Below, one piece after another: positions 19,913-29,460 of a DNA stretch of 64,000 bases; within the stretch, counting starts at the first letter, position 1; every line of letters starts with the position of its first letter. Source of the stretch: an uncultured virus (IMG/VR IMGVR_UViG_3300002140_000103). Lineage: Duplodnaviria > Heunggongvirae > Uroviricota > Caudoviricetes. A program made the position numbers and the translations under genes. The notes under the pieces are model-generated. The model ran no database searches and was not told the DNA's origin. It was given only the letters and a program-made list of their open reading frames with translations. The stretch lies in the IMG/VR virus record IMGVR_UViG_3300002140_000103. The stretch is one strand, 5' to 3'.

Positions 19913-19947
19913 TTATATAAACTGCGCACTAAATGGATCAAACTCGG
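19913..19947 (-). pseudogene. Relic 3' end of radical SAM gene 22426..23493
   Basis: Translates as EFDPFSAQFI*, versus EFDPFGEQFK*. 27/35 nt identical to 22426..22460, ungapped, with the stop at the same position. Confidence 0.72.
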
Positions 19948-20669
19948 TCCGAGTCTGACTTTCTGTAAATTACTTCAACCCAGTCAGTCCTTCCGTTTAG
20001 AGGATTTTTACTAATATGTGATATATCATATAGTTCAAAGTTATACGGTATAATAAGTTTTTCAAATTCTAAAAAACTAATACGTGTTTCGTATAAATCG
20101 TATAAATTTAATTCGCTAACTATTATGTCAGTGTTATTTAAAATGGACGACGCACCTTCTAAAATTAAAAGTTCAGCGCCCTGTACATCCATTTTTAAAA
20201 TATCGACCTTTGTAATATTTGAATCTTTTAAACAATTATCAAGCGTATCTACAGCAACCGTTTCAGTAGTATTATTAAAGAAATTATGATGTCCTTCTTC
20301 GGGGCGATTGACTGCTATTGAATCAGTACTAAGTTTGTTAAGATTAAAAAAACTACTCAACATTATTTGATGATGATTAACATTAAACTCACTAGTTCCT
20401 TGAAAATTTGATAATGCAATATTATATAATGTTACATCAGTATAGTGTTGTGTATTTTCTTTTAAATAATTAAACGACTGCAATACAGGCTCAAAACTAT
20501 GTATAATTGCCAAAGGCCATAGTGATTTAAAATAGTCAACACTTTGTCCTATATTTGCACCGGCATCAATAATAACAGGATTTTTAGTATGTACTAAACT
20601 TTTTAATAAATTACCTTTATTAAATTTTTCTTTAGAAATTTCACTACGAGTATGTTCCGGAGTATACAT
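19938..20669 (-). CDS. FkbM-family methyltransferase
   Basis: IIDAGANIGQ, HSFEP, VDTLD and DILKMDVQGAELLILEGA. Confidence 0.92.
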   Translation of the reverse strand: MYTPEHTRSEISKEKFNKGNLLKSLVHTKNPVIIDAGANIGQSVDYFKSLWPLAIIHSFEPVLQSFNYLKENTQHYTDVTLYNIALSNFQGTSEFNVNHHQIMLSSFFNLNKLSTDSIAVNRPEEGHHNFFNNTTETVAVDTLDNCLKDSNITKVDILKMDVQGAELLILEGASSILNNTDIIVSELNLYDLYETRISFLEFEKLIIPYNFELYDISHISKNPLNGRTDWVEVIYRKSDSDRV

Positions 20670-21190
20670 TAATAAAACTCCTTTTCTGAAAGCATCAACA
20701 ACAGTGTACGTCTATTTTCTGTACATTCCAAACTATCAAAATCGTGCCACGTATGATCATTTCTAATAAATCCAGAGCCACGGTTTGGTAACCAATTGGT
20801 AGTTTTGACGTATGTAGTTGTGTCTTTTTCTTTAAATAATTGTGTGCCACTGCCTGTGTTAGATATAGCTAATACAAATGTCATAACTTTTAATGGATTA
20901 TCATTGTGTATTTTATTATATGCCCAGCCAGGCTTAATAACATCAAATTCTATAGCAGGATACAAATTTGTTATATCGTCAATACCTGCAATACTAGCAA
21001 TTTTGTGTATATACGGAACTAATAGATTATACATTTCGGGGAAGTTATTTGAACGAACCTGTATGTTATTACGATCTCCAGTAACTGATATATTTTTACT
21101 AAATTCATTAACCCGATCAAACGCATCAATATCTAATAAATTAGTAATTGTAAAATGCTTCCACGGATCATTGTAAAATTCTATTTTCAT
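20669..21190 (-). CDS. 2OG-Fe(II) oxygenase
   Basis: DPWKH, IHND, GSGT, TWHD and RRTL. Start at MKIEF (21190). Confidence 0.72.
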   Translation of the reverse strand: MKIEFYNDPWKHFTITNLLDIDAFDRVNEFSKNISVTGDRNNIQVRSNNFPEMYNLLVPYIHKIASIAGIDDITNLYPAIEFDVIKPGWAYNKIHNDNPLKVMTFVLAISNTGSGTQLFKEKDTTTYVKTTNWLPNRGSGFIRNDHTWHDFDSLECTENRRTLLLMLSEKEFY

Positions 21191-21732
21191 TATACTAGTA
21201 CTTCCTTGTTTTTCCAATTTGAATTTACATAATTCACAATAACACTTGTTCTATCAGATGTTAATGGCGATAATGCATGTATTTCTGTGCCTGTATTATT
21301 AAAAAACCACCCACAGTTAACATGTGTATCAGTGTTAATATTATTAAAATTTGTACTAATATCACTATCACTTAAATAAATTTGTAATGTAAAAAGTTTA
21401 GCTGCATCATCTGTGTGTCCTTCTAGCCAACTTGCTTTGCTGTCTTTACACAATTCGATACGTGTTCTGCACGAACTATAATCAGTTCCTGTTATATTAG
21501 AAAATAACTGCTTTGTTTTGATACTATCAAAATAAGAAGAAAGTTCTTGATAACTACTGTTATTAATTTGATGTGTCCAAATTCGAGAAATTCTATCAGT
21601 TCTCTTACCTGACAATAATGCATACTCGTATTTTTCTGCACACGTAGTTAATTGTAACAGTTTCGCCTTATCAAAAAAATTAACAAATTTAAAAATTTTA
21701 AATCCAACATCTGCTTCTGTATAATTAAACAT
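21190..21732 (-). CDS. 2OG-Fe(II) oxygenase
   Basis: WLEGHTD...LQIYL...EIHAL...RTSVIVNY. Start at MFNY (21732). Confidence 0.72.
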   Translation of the reverse strand: MFNYTEADVGFKIFKFVNFFDKAKLLQLTTCAEKYEYALLSGKRTDRISRIWTHQINNSSYQELSSYFDSIKTKQLFSNITGTDYSSCRTRIELCKDSKASWLEGHTDDAAKLFTLQIYLSDSDISTNFNNINTDTHVNCGWFFNNTGTEIHALSPLTSDRTSVIVNYVNSNWKNKEVLV

Positions 21733-22429
21733 CAAACATCCATTTCGTTTTTCTTTTATATAATACGCAACTGTCATTAACATACACTGCTTTATTTTTT
21801 AATTCAAATTTAACTATAGGATCAAGTTCAAGAGGTAATGCCCACGAATTATTCTTAATGTTTATACACTCTTTATACACAATTTCCTGTTCCGCAGCGT
21901 TTCTGATACTTCGAGGATGAGTAATTGCAGTACTTGATAGAAAATAAAGATCGTTGCAATTAAACTCTGCAGTTGATATATCATTGAAAGATACATCATT
22001 AAAATCGGATATTACAGTGTTACTGTAATCAGTAATTATTACGTCTACCTTATCAGTATATTGCCCAAGAAAGGACAATCTAGTTTGTCCTGGGTGTAAT
22101 GCAACTTTTTTATTCTTAAAGTAGTGAATATTTAAAGGATGCAGTAGTTTACATCCTTTTTTTAGATCATCTAATATTCGAAAAAATGAATATAATTTAA
22201 CTATACTGTCAGTATCAATTGTAGCATTATTACTATAAACTAACGTACTATGTTTAAATACAGAATGTATATCACCAGCTATTTTCTTTTGAATATTTCT
22301 TTTTAAAAAAATATTATTAGTGTCTTCTAACGTTAATTTAGCAATATATGTATTTGTATTATGCATACTATCAAACTCGTTAGTTAGATTTACGAAATGC
22401 AAATAATCATTTAATTTAATTATGCTCAT
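21725..22429 (-). CDS. Hypothetical protein
   Basis: 234-aa ORF coupled to its neighbours; contains an HPGQTR motif of unknown meaning. Confidence 0.7.
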   Translation of the reverse strand: MSIIKLNDYLHFVNLTNEFDSMHNTNTYIAKLTLEDTNNIFLKRNIQKKIAGDIHSVFKHSTLVYSNNATIDTDSIVKLYSFFRILDDLKKGCKLLHPLNIHYFKNKKVALHPGQTRLSFLGQYTDKVDVIITDYSNTVISDFNDVSFNDISTAEFNCNDLYFLSSTAITHPRSIRNAAEQEIVYKECINIKNNSWALPLELDPIVKFELKNKAVYVNDSCVLYKRKTKWMFDV

Positions 22430-23493
22430 TTAAATTGTTCCCCAAATGGATCAAATTCGGCGCCGCATTTCATTGAGCATACTTTTAATTTGCCAGAGGC
22501 ACAACTTGGTTTACTCCAGCTATCTTGTATTCTATCAAATATACCAGTAGCAAATACTGACTCTAATCCGTTACGTGCATCTAACACACTTTTATTAGGA
22601 ATAAAATCCCATATCTGTTCTACTTTAGGATCTTTATGCCACCATTTATACATACGGCCCGCAGTCCAACAACACGGTAATGCCAGACCTTCTGCTGTAA
22701 TAAACAAACTGTTGTCTTTTTTAACTTTACAAATAATAGGTGCAGCATCATAGTATGCATCCATACTTCCGTATTTGTTAATAATAACGTCTTGTTTTTT
22801 AAGTGCAGCATTTTGATATTTTTCATCTGGCTTTTTAAGTTCTGTTGTTTCGTTGCCTTTACGATCAACTGCTTGATGCTTGTCTTTAGGCTCTACCTTT
22901 GATGTAACAAATCTACCAGTTTTTTTAGCAACAAATTTTTCAAATCCCCATTTACTAGCAAGTGCTTCTGCTTCTTCTACTTGATGTTGATTGTGTTCAA
23001 ATATTAAAAAGTCCCAACGTGCTCTGCCGCCTGCTTTAATAAACGCTTTTATGTTGCGCTCTACATTAGTCCAACTAACGCCTTGACGATATATATGATT
23101 GGTGTCTTTTAATCCGTCAACACTAAAAATAACTGCTCCATTGCTGCCGATAGTTTTAGCAAGTGCATGCCACCATATTGTGTTTTTAGCACCAGCATTA
23201 GTGTTCATGCTTAACCACATTTTAGGATTGTGATCTCTAAAATATGTAAAGATTTCTAAAGTATCTCGTGCAATAATAGGATCGCCTAAGTTTCCGCACA
23301 TATACATAGTATCTAACTGTGAAATAAATTCTGGCAGGAATATCTTTTTACAATCTTCAATAGTAAGTTCATCTAAATTAATGTGCGGATTGACACCTTT
23401 ACCGTTCATATTACGATCACACATAGGACAACTAGCTTGACAGTTTTGCGTAACTTCTAAGTGTATACTTCTAATATCTTCGTACTTATACAT
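22426..23493 (-). CDS. Radical SAM protein with C-terminal twitch-like domain
   Basis: CQASCPMC, CGNLGDP, FSVDG; C-terminal C...G...PCCW...CSMKC. Confidence 0.9.
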   Translation of the reverse strand: MYKYEDIRSIHLEVTQNCQASCPMCDRNMNGKGVNPHINLDELTIEDCKKIFLPEFISQLDTMYMCGNLGDPIIARDTLEIFTYFRDHNPKMWLSMNTNAGAKNTIWWHALAKTIGSNGAVIFSVDGLKDTNHIYRQGVSWTNVERNIKAFIKAGGRARWDFLIFEHNQHQVEEAEALASKWGFEKFVAKKTGRFVTSKVEPKDKHQAVDRKGNETTELKKPDEKYQNAALKKQDVIINKYGSMDAYYDAAPIICKVKKDNSLFITAEGLALPCCWTAGRMYKWWHKDPKVEQIWDFIPNKSVLDARNGLESVFATGIFDRIQDSWSKPSCASGKLKVCSMKCGAEFDPFGEQFK

Positions 23494-23755
23494 CCATTAC
23501 CAACTTTACATCTTTGCCAGGGCCGCCAACACTTGGCAGGAAAAAGTATTCTGCCATATACCACTTGATTACTGCACGATACCATTTTTGACTGTCGTGA
23601 TGTGCTTGTTTATTAAACTGGTGTATATTATTATTAGTGGTCTGCATTGTAGCAAGTGCTCTTGCACTTTCAAGTTGCAATCTTCTAACTGAAAACTGAT
23701 CTAACAATACTTCAATACTTTCGTCTCTAAGACGATCACTGTTATTTAAATCCAA
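23486..23755 (-). CDS. Small hypothetical protein
   Basis: 89 aa, fits the operon; its TTG start lies inside the methyltransferase relic. Confidence 0.6.
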   Translation of the reverse strand: MDLNNSDRLRDESIEVLLDQFSVRRLQLESARALATMQTTNNNIHQFNKQAHHDSQKWYRAVIKWYMAEYFFLPSVGGPGKDVKLVMDV

Positions 23756-23849
23756 TTCTCATAAACCTTGTGTACTTTTCTAGTTCTAGACTTCCTTTAT
23801 ATAATACATTAGTTAGAGGAGTTTGTCTACTAAAATCTTCAAGATTCAT
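23742..23849 (-). pseudogene. Relic 3' end of methyltransferase 24541..25386, still open as a 35-aa mini-ORF
   Basis: MNLEDFSRQTPLTNVLYKGSLELEKYTRFMRIGFK*, versus ...DLNNFSRQTPLNNVLYEGSLELEKYTRFMRIGFK*. Its ATG overlaps the sulfotransferase stop (ATGA). Confidence 0.9.
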
Positions 23850-24544
23850 TTTAGTTTTATACGACCGTTATTATTATTTAAATACGGGTGTGACAATACA
23901 GTTAACATTTTTTCACCCCCTATCTGCCTAAGTCTGTTATAATTAATTAAAATGCTATCTTTTGGCTGAGATTTTTTTATATTATTTTTTTTAAATGTCA
24001 TTGATTGAGTATTAGATAATTTTAAATTCTTATAATCTTTATCATAGTCAAATTTTAAATCTTCGTAATAAACAATTTCATTTAACAATTTATTTTTGTG
24101 ATTCCATTCAGCAAGATCTATAATACTTTGGTATCGACTTTCTAATGTAGATAAAAAATAAGTTTCATCTATAACAAATTTTTCTAAATAAGGAGTATCC
24201 GATGCTTGCCATAAATTAGTTTTTTCTGCAATTAGATTACTTATAGTTGATTCAACTAAATCTTGTCTTAATATAGATATTATATACCAATTGTTATTTA
24301 AAAACGCAGTTTTGTCAGCATCCGATAATCTTTTGTTGATGTTAGAAAAATGGTCTTTACACACGTTATTAGGAGTTCTTTTAATTGTTTTAATAATACG
24401 TTTTATATATTTTTGAGAATAGCTTTCCATATGTTCGTAATTAAACGGCTCGGGGTATTTTTTAAATTTTATATTAGAATTTACAAACATATTTAGTAAA
24501 TATGTGCTACCTGTTCTAGACTGAGAAACAATTAAAATATTCAC
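23846..24544 (-). CDS. Sulfotransferase-like protein (P-loop, Stf0-like)
   Basis: SQSRTGSTYL (5'-PSB loop), EPF, LRQDL...IS (3'-PB) and YYEDL. Confidence 0.72.
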   Translation of the reverse strand: MNILIVSQSRTGSTYLLNMFVNSNIKFKKYPEPFNYEHMESYSQKYIKRIIKTIKRTPNNVCKDHFSNINKRLSDADKTAFLNNNWYIISILRQDLVESTISNLIAEKTNLWQASDTPYLEKFVIDETYFLSTLESRYQSIIDLAEWNHKNKLLNEIVYYEDLKFDYDKDYKNLKLSNTQSMTFKKNNIKKSQPKDSILINYNRLRQIGGEKMLTVLSHPYLNNNNGRIKLK

Positions 24545-25386
24545 TTAAATCCGATCCTCATAAATCTTGTATACTTCTCTAGTTCTAGACTTCCTTCATA
24601 TAATACATTATTTAGAGGAGTTTGTCTACTGAAATTGTTAAGATCTGCACTGCAATTTACGTGTTCGTTAACTTCAAAGTAGTTATTACTTTGCAATACT
24701 ATTAGTACGTTATAAGGAAGTTTGTCATACCATTCTGCAAAATTTGGAATGTGTTCACAACTTGTATTAATAATAGTATTAGGCTTGTCTGTTATCGGAT
24801 AACTCATTCTGTTGTTAGCATTACTCCAATATTGCCAAGTATGTTCATTATAGTCTATATCCATAATGTCTTGAGTTAATGATTTAAAACGCCATTGATC
24901 AGTAAACCACGGAGCATTAAATACTTCTGCAATATTAACACAAGTAGGATCAATATCAAAACTTCTAATTTTATCTATTCTAAGATTTTTTTCAAATAAC
25001 ATTGTAGCAAGTGTAGCATACCATCCTGCACAAAGAAATACTGTTCCTAAATAAGGATTAATTCTTTTAAGTTCTTTAACTAGCCATAGTTTACTTTGTA
25101 GCTGTCCTCTACTAAAACAGTCATTCCATATTTCTGTTTTATTTACAAAAAAGTTTTTAAATGCTGCGGTAAATTGTGTATCAACATAGCGATCTAACAT
25201 AGGCCATAGTTTCCAAGTATTATCTTCCATAATCAATTTGCGAAGATCATCTTTATTTTCATCTGTAATTATTCTAAAGATACTATGTAAATCGTGATCA
25301 ATATATGCTCTACGCAAATCAGTTAACTTACTATTAGTTGGATATAATAACTCAAATCTATCCAATAGTTCAAATGTTTGAAGCAT
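24541..25386 (-). CDS. Class I SAM-dependent methyltransferase-like protein
   Basis: SKLWL, LCAGWY, RSFDIDP, INTSCEH and LQSNN. Confidence 0.7.
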   Translation of the reverse strand: MLQTFELLDRFELLYPTNSKLTDLRRAYIDHDLHSIFRIITDENKDDLRKLIMEDNTWKLWPMLDRYVDTQFTAAFKNFFVNKTEIWNDCFSRGQLQSKLWLVKELKRINPYLGTVFLCAGWYATLATMLFEKNLRIDKIRSFDIDPTCVNIAEVFNAPWFTDQWRFKSLTQDIMDIDYNEHTWQYWSNANNRMSYPITDKPNTIINTSCEHIPNFAEWYDKLPYNVLIVLQSNNYFEVNEHVNCSADLNNFSRQTPLNNVLYEGSLELEKYTRFMRIGFK

Positions 25387-26713
25387 AAAACTGTTCCTTT
25401 AACCAATCAAAATCATTTATTAATCGTAATGCGTCTGTATTGCCTTTATTAGATTCACCGTATTTTCTGCCAAAATTAGCACCACTAATCGCTAAATCGC
25501 CAAACGTTCTGTCATTACCTAACGTACACCACGTGTTAAGTCTAATATAAGTTTCCTCTTGTTTTTGTCTATCAATAATATTACTGCTTAACTTGACACA
25601 CTCTCTAAAAGCACTCTTCCACGTATTAAATGGGTCTGTATTAAATGCTGTGATATTAGATACAACATCTACAGTTCTAAATCGGTTGCTTATGCTAGTT
25701 GTCATATCAGGTTTGGTAATATCCATGTTGATTGTTAAATCACGTGGAAATAATTTTATACCACCATATCCATAAACAAGATCATTTATTGGATTTTGAC
25801 TTCTCCATACATGAACAATGTCTTTTTCCCAACGGTGGACCTTGAAATCAAAATCAAAATCATCTACTATTTCGGCATCACCGTCAACAATCCAAAACAT
25901 GTCAGTATCACACAACTTTGCAGCAGCAATATGTGCCTGATGTATACCCTTTACTCCATGTACTCGTTTGGCATCTGGTCTTTTTTCTAAAAGTCTATTA
26001 TAGTTAACGTCTGCATTAGGTTCTTGATAACTGATAAACACTACATCATAAGGCTTAGGAATACTTCCTATAACATTAATTTCTTTTCTATTTACAAGAT
26101 GCTTAAACTCTATTTCTTTTTGTGTCACAGGTTTGTGCTTACTTAATAACCAAAGTCCGTTGTAAAGATCCTCGTCATCTTCTCTATGTATAAATGCGTG
26201 ATTTTCATTTCTGTCATAGTTATCGTGATGCGATATATAAAACTGTTCAAAGATTTCTTGACTGACTAGGACATTTTTACTTGCAGTCCAAAACATTTCA
26301 GTAGTAGTATTTTCTAACGCATCTAGATAGTCTTTATACGAATCAACTAGAAATAAGTCAAATGTCTTTGGAGTACTAGCAAGTATGTCTACTTGTTTCT
26401 TTTTTACAAAAAATCTATGATTTATTTCGTTGTCTGTTATTATTGCATGTTTAGGTACTAAACAAACACCGTCATACGAATCTTTATTTAAAAATATATG
26501 TATGTATTCTTTACTCCAGTCATCTGGAATATAATCAAAATCAAAAGATTGTAAAACTACAATGTCATCCCACACTGCCCAAAAGAAATCAGTTAGACAA
26601 ACTTTTTGTGCTTGTCTAAATGTTTTTGCATGTTTAGAGATAGGGTAGCGTTTTTTAAATTCTTTGTAATTTGTATCTAAAGGATTTGCAGAAATAAAAA
26701 TAATATCATACAT
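25370..26713 (-). CDS. GT-A glycosyltransferase-like protein with internal repeats
   Basis: YDVVFISY.EPNA, RVHGVKG...AH, FWIVDGDA (DxD), YGYGG and WKSAFRE; the N-terminal part repeats this domain in degenerate form. Confidence 0.68.
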   Translation of the reverse strand: MYDIIFISANPLDTNYKEFKKRYPISKHAKTFRQAQKVCLTDFFWAVWDDIVVLQSFDFDYIPDDWSKEYIHIFLNKDSYDGVCLVPKHAIITDNEINHRFFVKKKQVDILASTPKTFDLFLVDSYKDYLDALENTTTEMFWTASKNVLVSQEIFEQFYISHHDNYDRNENHAFIHREDDEDLYNGLWLLSKHKPVTQKEIEFKHLVNRKEINVIGSIPKPYDVVFISYQEPNADVNYNRLLEKRPDAKRVHGVKGIHQAHIAAAKLCDTDMFWIVDGDAEIVDDFDFDFKVHRWEKDIVHVWRSQNPINDLVYGYGGIKLFPRDLTINMDITKPDMTTSISNRFRTVDVVSNITAFNTDPFNTWKSAFRECVKLSSNIIDRQKQEETYIRLNTWCTLGNDRTFGDLAISGANFGRKYGESNKGNTDALRLINDFDWLKEQFYASNI

Positions 26714-26715
26714 AA

Positions 26716-28236
26716 TTATTTTCCAATGCTTTTATATACATTGTACAACTCAGGAAACGTATTTCTAAAAGATGTGTTTCTTCTAAAATCGTGTTGATCT
26801 AAATACTTTACAAAATTCAATTCGTTTGTCTTTACTTCTTCGGTTGAGATAGTACTTCTATCTAAGAATATTTTTAAATTGCGTTCTGCTTTTTCAATTT
26901 CAAAATCATAAAATCCAACAAAATTATCAGTGTCAATATTTTCTTTCATAAAGTCTATTGCGCTCTGAATGTACGTAGCATACTCAACAGGCAGCACATG
27001 TATATTTTGCCACTCTGGTTTACGCATAATTGGAATATCAAACCATATGCGCTGACGAGGATGTATCTCATAATCGGGATGAGTATTGTAAGGATCTACA
27101 ATAGGAATATGTTTTATACCTTGGTTTGATCTGCTGTATTGATTTCTAAGATTTAAAATATTTTGTAGATATTCTTTAAACTTTGGTATGCTTAATGCAT
27201 TAAATGTATTAATAAATGTTACAGTTGTATTTGCAGTTTCATCTAGCACTCTTTGTACATTCTTTTGCATAAGATTGTAATTCAATCCTGTACGTATGTA
27301 TTCTGCTTGTTCTCCAACACTGTCTACACTTACAAACAACGCAAAATTCTTTAATGCCATGTTTACATACCAGTTGTTTCCAGACCCAGGATTAAATCGT
27401 TTCTTATCTTCCCATATCTGAATTTGTTCTAGTTTTTTAAGTTTTTCTATAAACTTATCCATAAGTTCCTCACGCGGAGGACACATATTTGTAGTAACAC
27501 TAAGTTCTAACCAAGTGTTTGGATTTTCGTAAATGTAATCTAATACTTTAAATGTGTTTACATCCATCAACGGTTCGCCGCCGGTAATTCTAAACACTTC
27601 TAATTTTGTGTACAAAGTAGGCCACCAACGCCAGAACGCATCAAGATAAGGATTGTCACTTTGTTTAGTTTTTAAAGGCATTAACCCTTGTGCTTCTAAT
27701 GCAGCAATATTGTTATGTCCGATTGTATTTCCGTATGTATCAAGAATCTTAAAATCGCCATATTGCTTTATTTCATCTTCCCAAGCTGTACTAAGATGAG
27801 GACTGCAATACATACATTTTAAATTACACGCTTGGTTAAAGTTGACTTCCATGTATCGAGGAATGATATTTCCTGTATCAAGTGCATCAATAATATCGCC
27901 GCGACTGTTTTGCGCCCAGTATTCTCCAGATCTATAAATTCTATCACTACGATTTTTGTTATCTTCAATCTTCCAACAATAACTGCAACCGTCTGGTCTT
28001 ACACCAGCAAGCATTTGTTTTCTTTCTGCTTTCTTTTGCTGTGTATTATGCAATGCACTTGGGTTTGTTTTAATTTCTGCTAAGTCTACTTTGTGCAACG
28101 GCGGATGATAACAACTATGTGTCATTCCATTAGTTAAGTGCATTGACACTTGACTCCATTTAGCATAACACATAGTTGGACTAATTCTTTTTAATTGAGT
28201 TTCTGCAATATCTGCAGAATTTTTATAAATGCTCAC
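26716..28236 (-). CDS. Radical SAM protein with N-terminal twitch-like domain
   Basis: CYAKW...HSCYHP...CSYCW; CNLKCMYC; TGGEPL; close paralog of 35840..37204. Confidence 0.9.
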   Translation of the reverse strand: MSIYKNSADIAETQLKRISPTMCYAKWSQVSMHLTNGMTHSCYHPPLHKVDLAEIKTNPSALHNTQQKKAERKQMLAGVRPDGCSYCWKIEDNKNRSDRIYRSGEYWAQNSRGDIIDALDTGNIIPRYMEVNFNQACNLKCMYCSPHLSTAWEDEIKQYGDFKILDTYGNTIGHNNIAALEAQGLMPLKTKQSDNPYLDAFWRWWPTLYTKLEVFRITGGEPLMDVNTFKVLDYIYENPNTWLELSVTTNMCPPREELMDKFIEKLKKLEQIQIWEDKKRFNPGSGNNWYVNMALKNFALFVSVDSVGEQAEYIRTGLNYNLMQKNVQRVLDETANTTVTFINTFNALSIPKFKEYLQNILNLRNQYSRSNQGIKHIPIVDPYNTHPDYEIHPRQRIWFDIPIMRKPEWQNIHVLPVEYATYIQSAIDFMKENIDTDNFVGFYDFEIEKAERNLKIFLDRSTISTEEVKTNELNFVKYLDQHDFRRNTSFRNTFPELYNVYKSIGK

Positions 28237-29460
28237 TTAGCTATACTCGCGTTCTAATTTATCGTGGTCAAATAATTTGTCGACCCATAAAAAGTTATCT
28301 TTAAAAATTACATCATTGTGTTGTTGTATAAAGAGCTCGCGATTATGTTTTGTAATTACCGAAAGTCTAGTGTTTAAATTTGCAAATTTTAGCGGATTTA
28401 ACATTGCTAATCTTTCAAACTCATTTGCAATTGCTTGTAGTCTTTTATCATCATCTTCTATTTCGTCATAGCTTTCATCAATTAACGGGCTAAATGTTTT
28501 ATACCCTTGCTCTCTTAATTCTTTCATAAAATAAGGAGTTGTAAAGGCAATAAACGGTCTATTTGCTGACATTGCTTTCCACGTTTTCTCTGTAGGAAAT
28601 GATGGAGCAAACTCTTGTATCGGTATTGACTGACGTAGTCCTTTGTATGTCCAAAAAGGATCATAATGTGATTCAATTAAAAGGTGAATATTTCCGGACT
28701 GTATAAGGTTATAAGTTTGCATATCCATTTTGTTAGTAATACAATTTTCAGCTTTTACATCATTCACAAAGTAATCACTCATTGTATAAGGAATGTTACC
28801 TATCCATTTTTTTATCTTTTTAGAGTTACTATCATATCCTAGATCAGCTGCATCTTGAAGCATTTGTTCTTCTGATATAATTTTTAAACCGCCATATGGC
28901 AAGATATTGTTGAACGTATAATTAAACTGACTCACTATACTTCTATTAACTAATTCTAAATATATGTTAGTTCTATACAAATTGTAATTTCTTGATAGTG
29001 CAGTAAATCGATGCTTAGGTTTAATATTATCATCAATTATTGCTGTTCGTTTTAACAATAACGAAAATGCTTGTATATTTGGAATATTAGGCATTCTTTC
29101 TAAGAACTTTTTTTCAGCCCAAGTTTTCCAAAATTCATTTAAAACTACTATGTATACTTGCTTTGGATTTATTTTTTGAGCTAATATTGTACGAGCCCAA
29201 TCAGTTAATTCACTCAAACTAAAATATTCATCGCCAAAGAACAATAGGATTTTTGCAGTTGAATCTGTTTTAATATGATCCCAATGCGTGTCGTCAATAA
29301 AATTATTAAAAGATTGATTGTACAATACTCTGTCGTGCTGGTCGTACCAATAAACGGCATCTTTTTCATATGTTGCGTGATCAAGATGCTTCATGTTTTC
29401 ATGTTTAAAGAGATGATGAAGCCCGGGCTTTTTTTCAAGTATTCTACTATATATTATCAT
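28237..29460 (-). CDS. Putative GT-B glycosyltransferase-like protein (GT10-like TEK motif)
   Basis: LIES...PTEKTWKA...PFI...GYKTF...IDESYD; paralog of 32114..33460. Start at MIIYS (29460). Confidence 0.5.
   Translation of the reverse strand: MIIYSRILEKKPGLHHLFKHENMKHLDHATYEKDAVYWYDQHDRVLYNQSFNNFIDDTHWDHIKTDSTAKILLFFGDEYFSLSELTDWARTILAQKINPKQVYIVVLNEFWKTWAEKKFLERMPNIPNIQAFSLLLKRTAIIDDNIKPKHRFTALSRNYNLYRTNIYLELVNRSIVSQFNYTFNNILPYGGLKIISEEQMLQDAADLGYDSNSKKIKKWIGNIPYTMSDYFVNDVKAENCITNKMDMQTYNLIQSGNIHLLIESHYDPFWTYKGLRQSIPIQEFAPSFPTEKTWKAMSANRPFIAFTTPYFMKELREQGYKTFSPLIDESYDEIEDDDKRLQAIANEFERLAMLNPLKFANLNTRLSVITKHNRELFIQQHNDVIFKDNFLWVDKLFDHDKLEREYS

Larger units (their letters stand above)
23742..24644. 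repeat. Imperfect 104-bp direct repeat (23742..23845 and 24541..24644) flanking the sulfotransferase gene
   Basis: 91/104 identical, ungapped, by hand alignment. Confidence 0.93.

Noticed and set aside
19905..19933. Plus-strand TTGACA
   Set aside because: No acceptable -10 at 16-18 nt and no plus-strand gene downstream.
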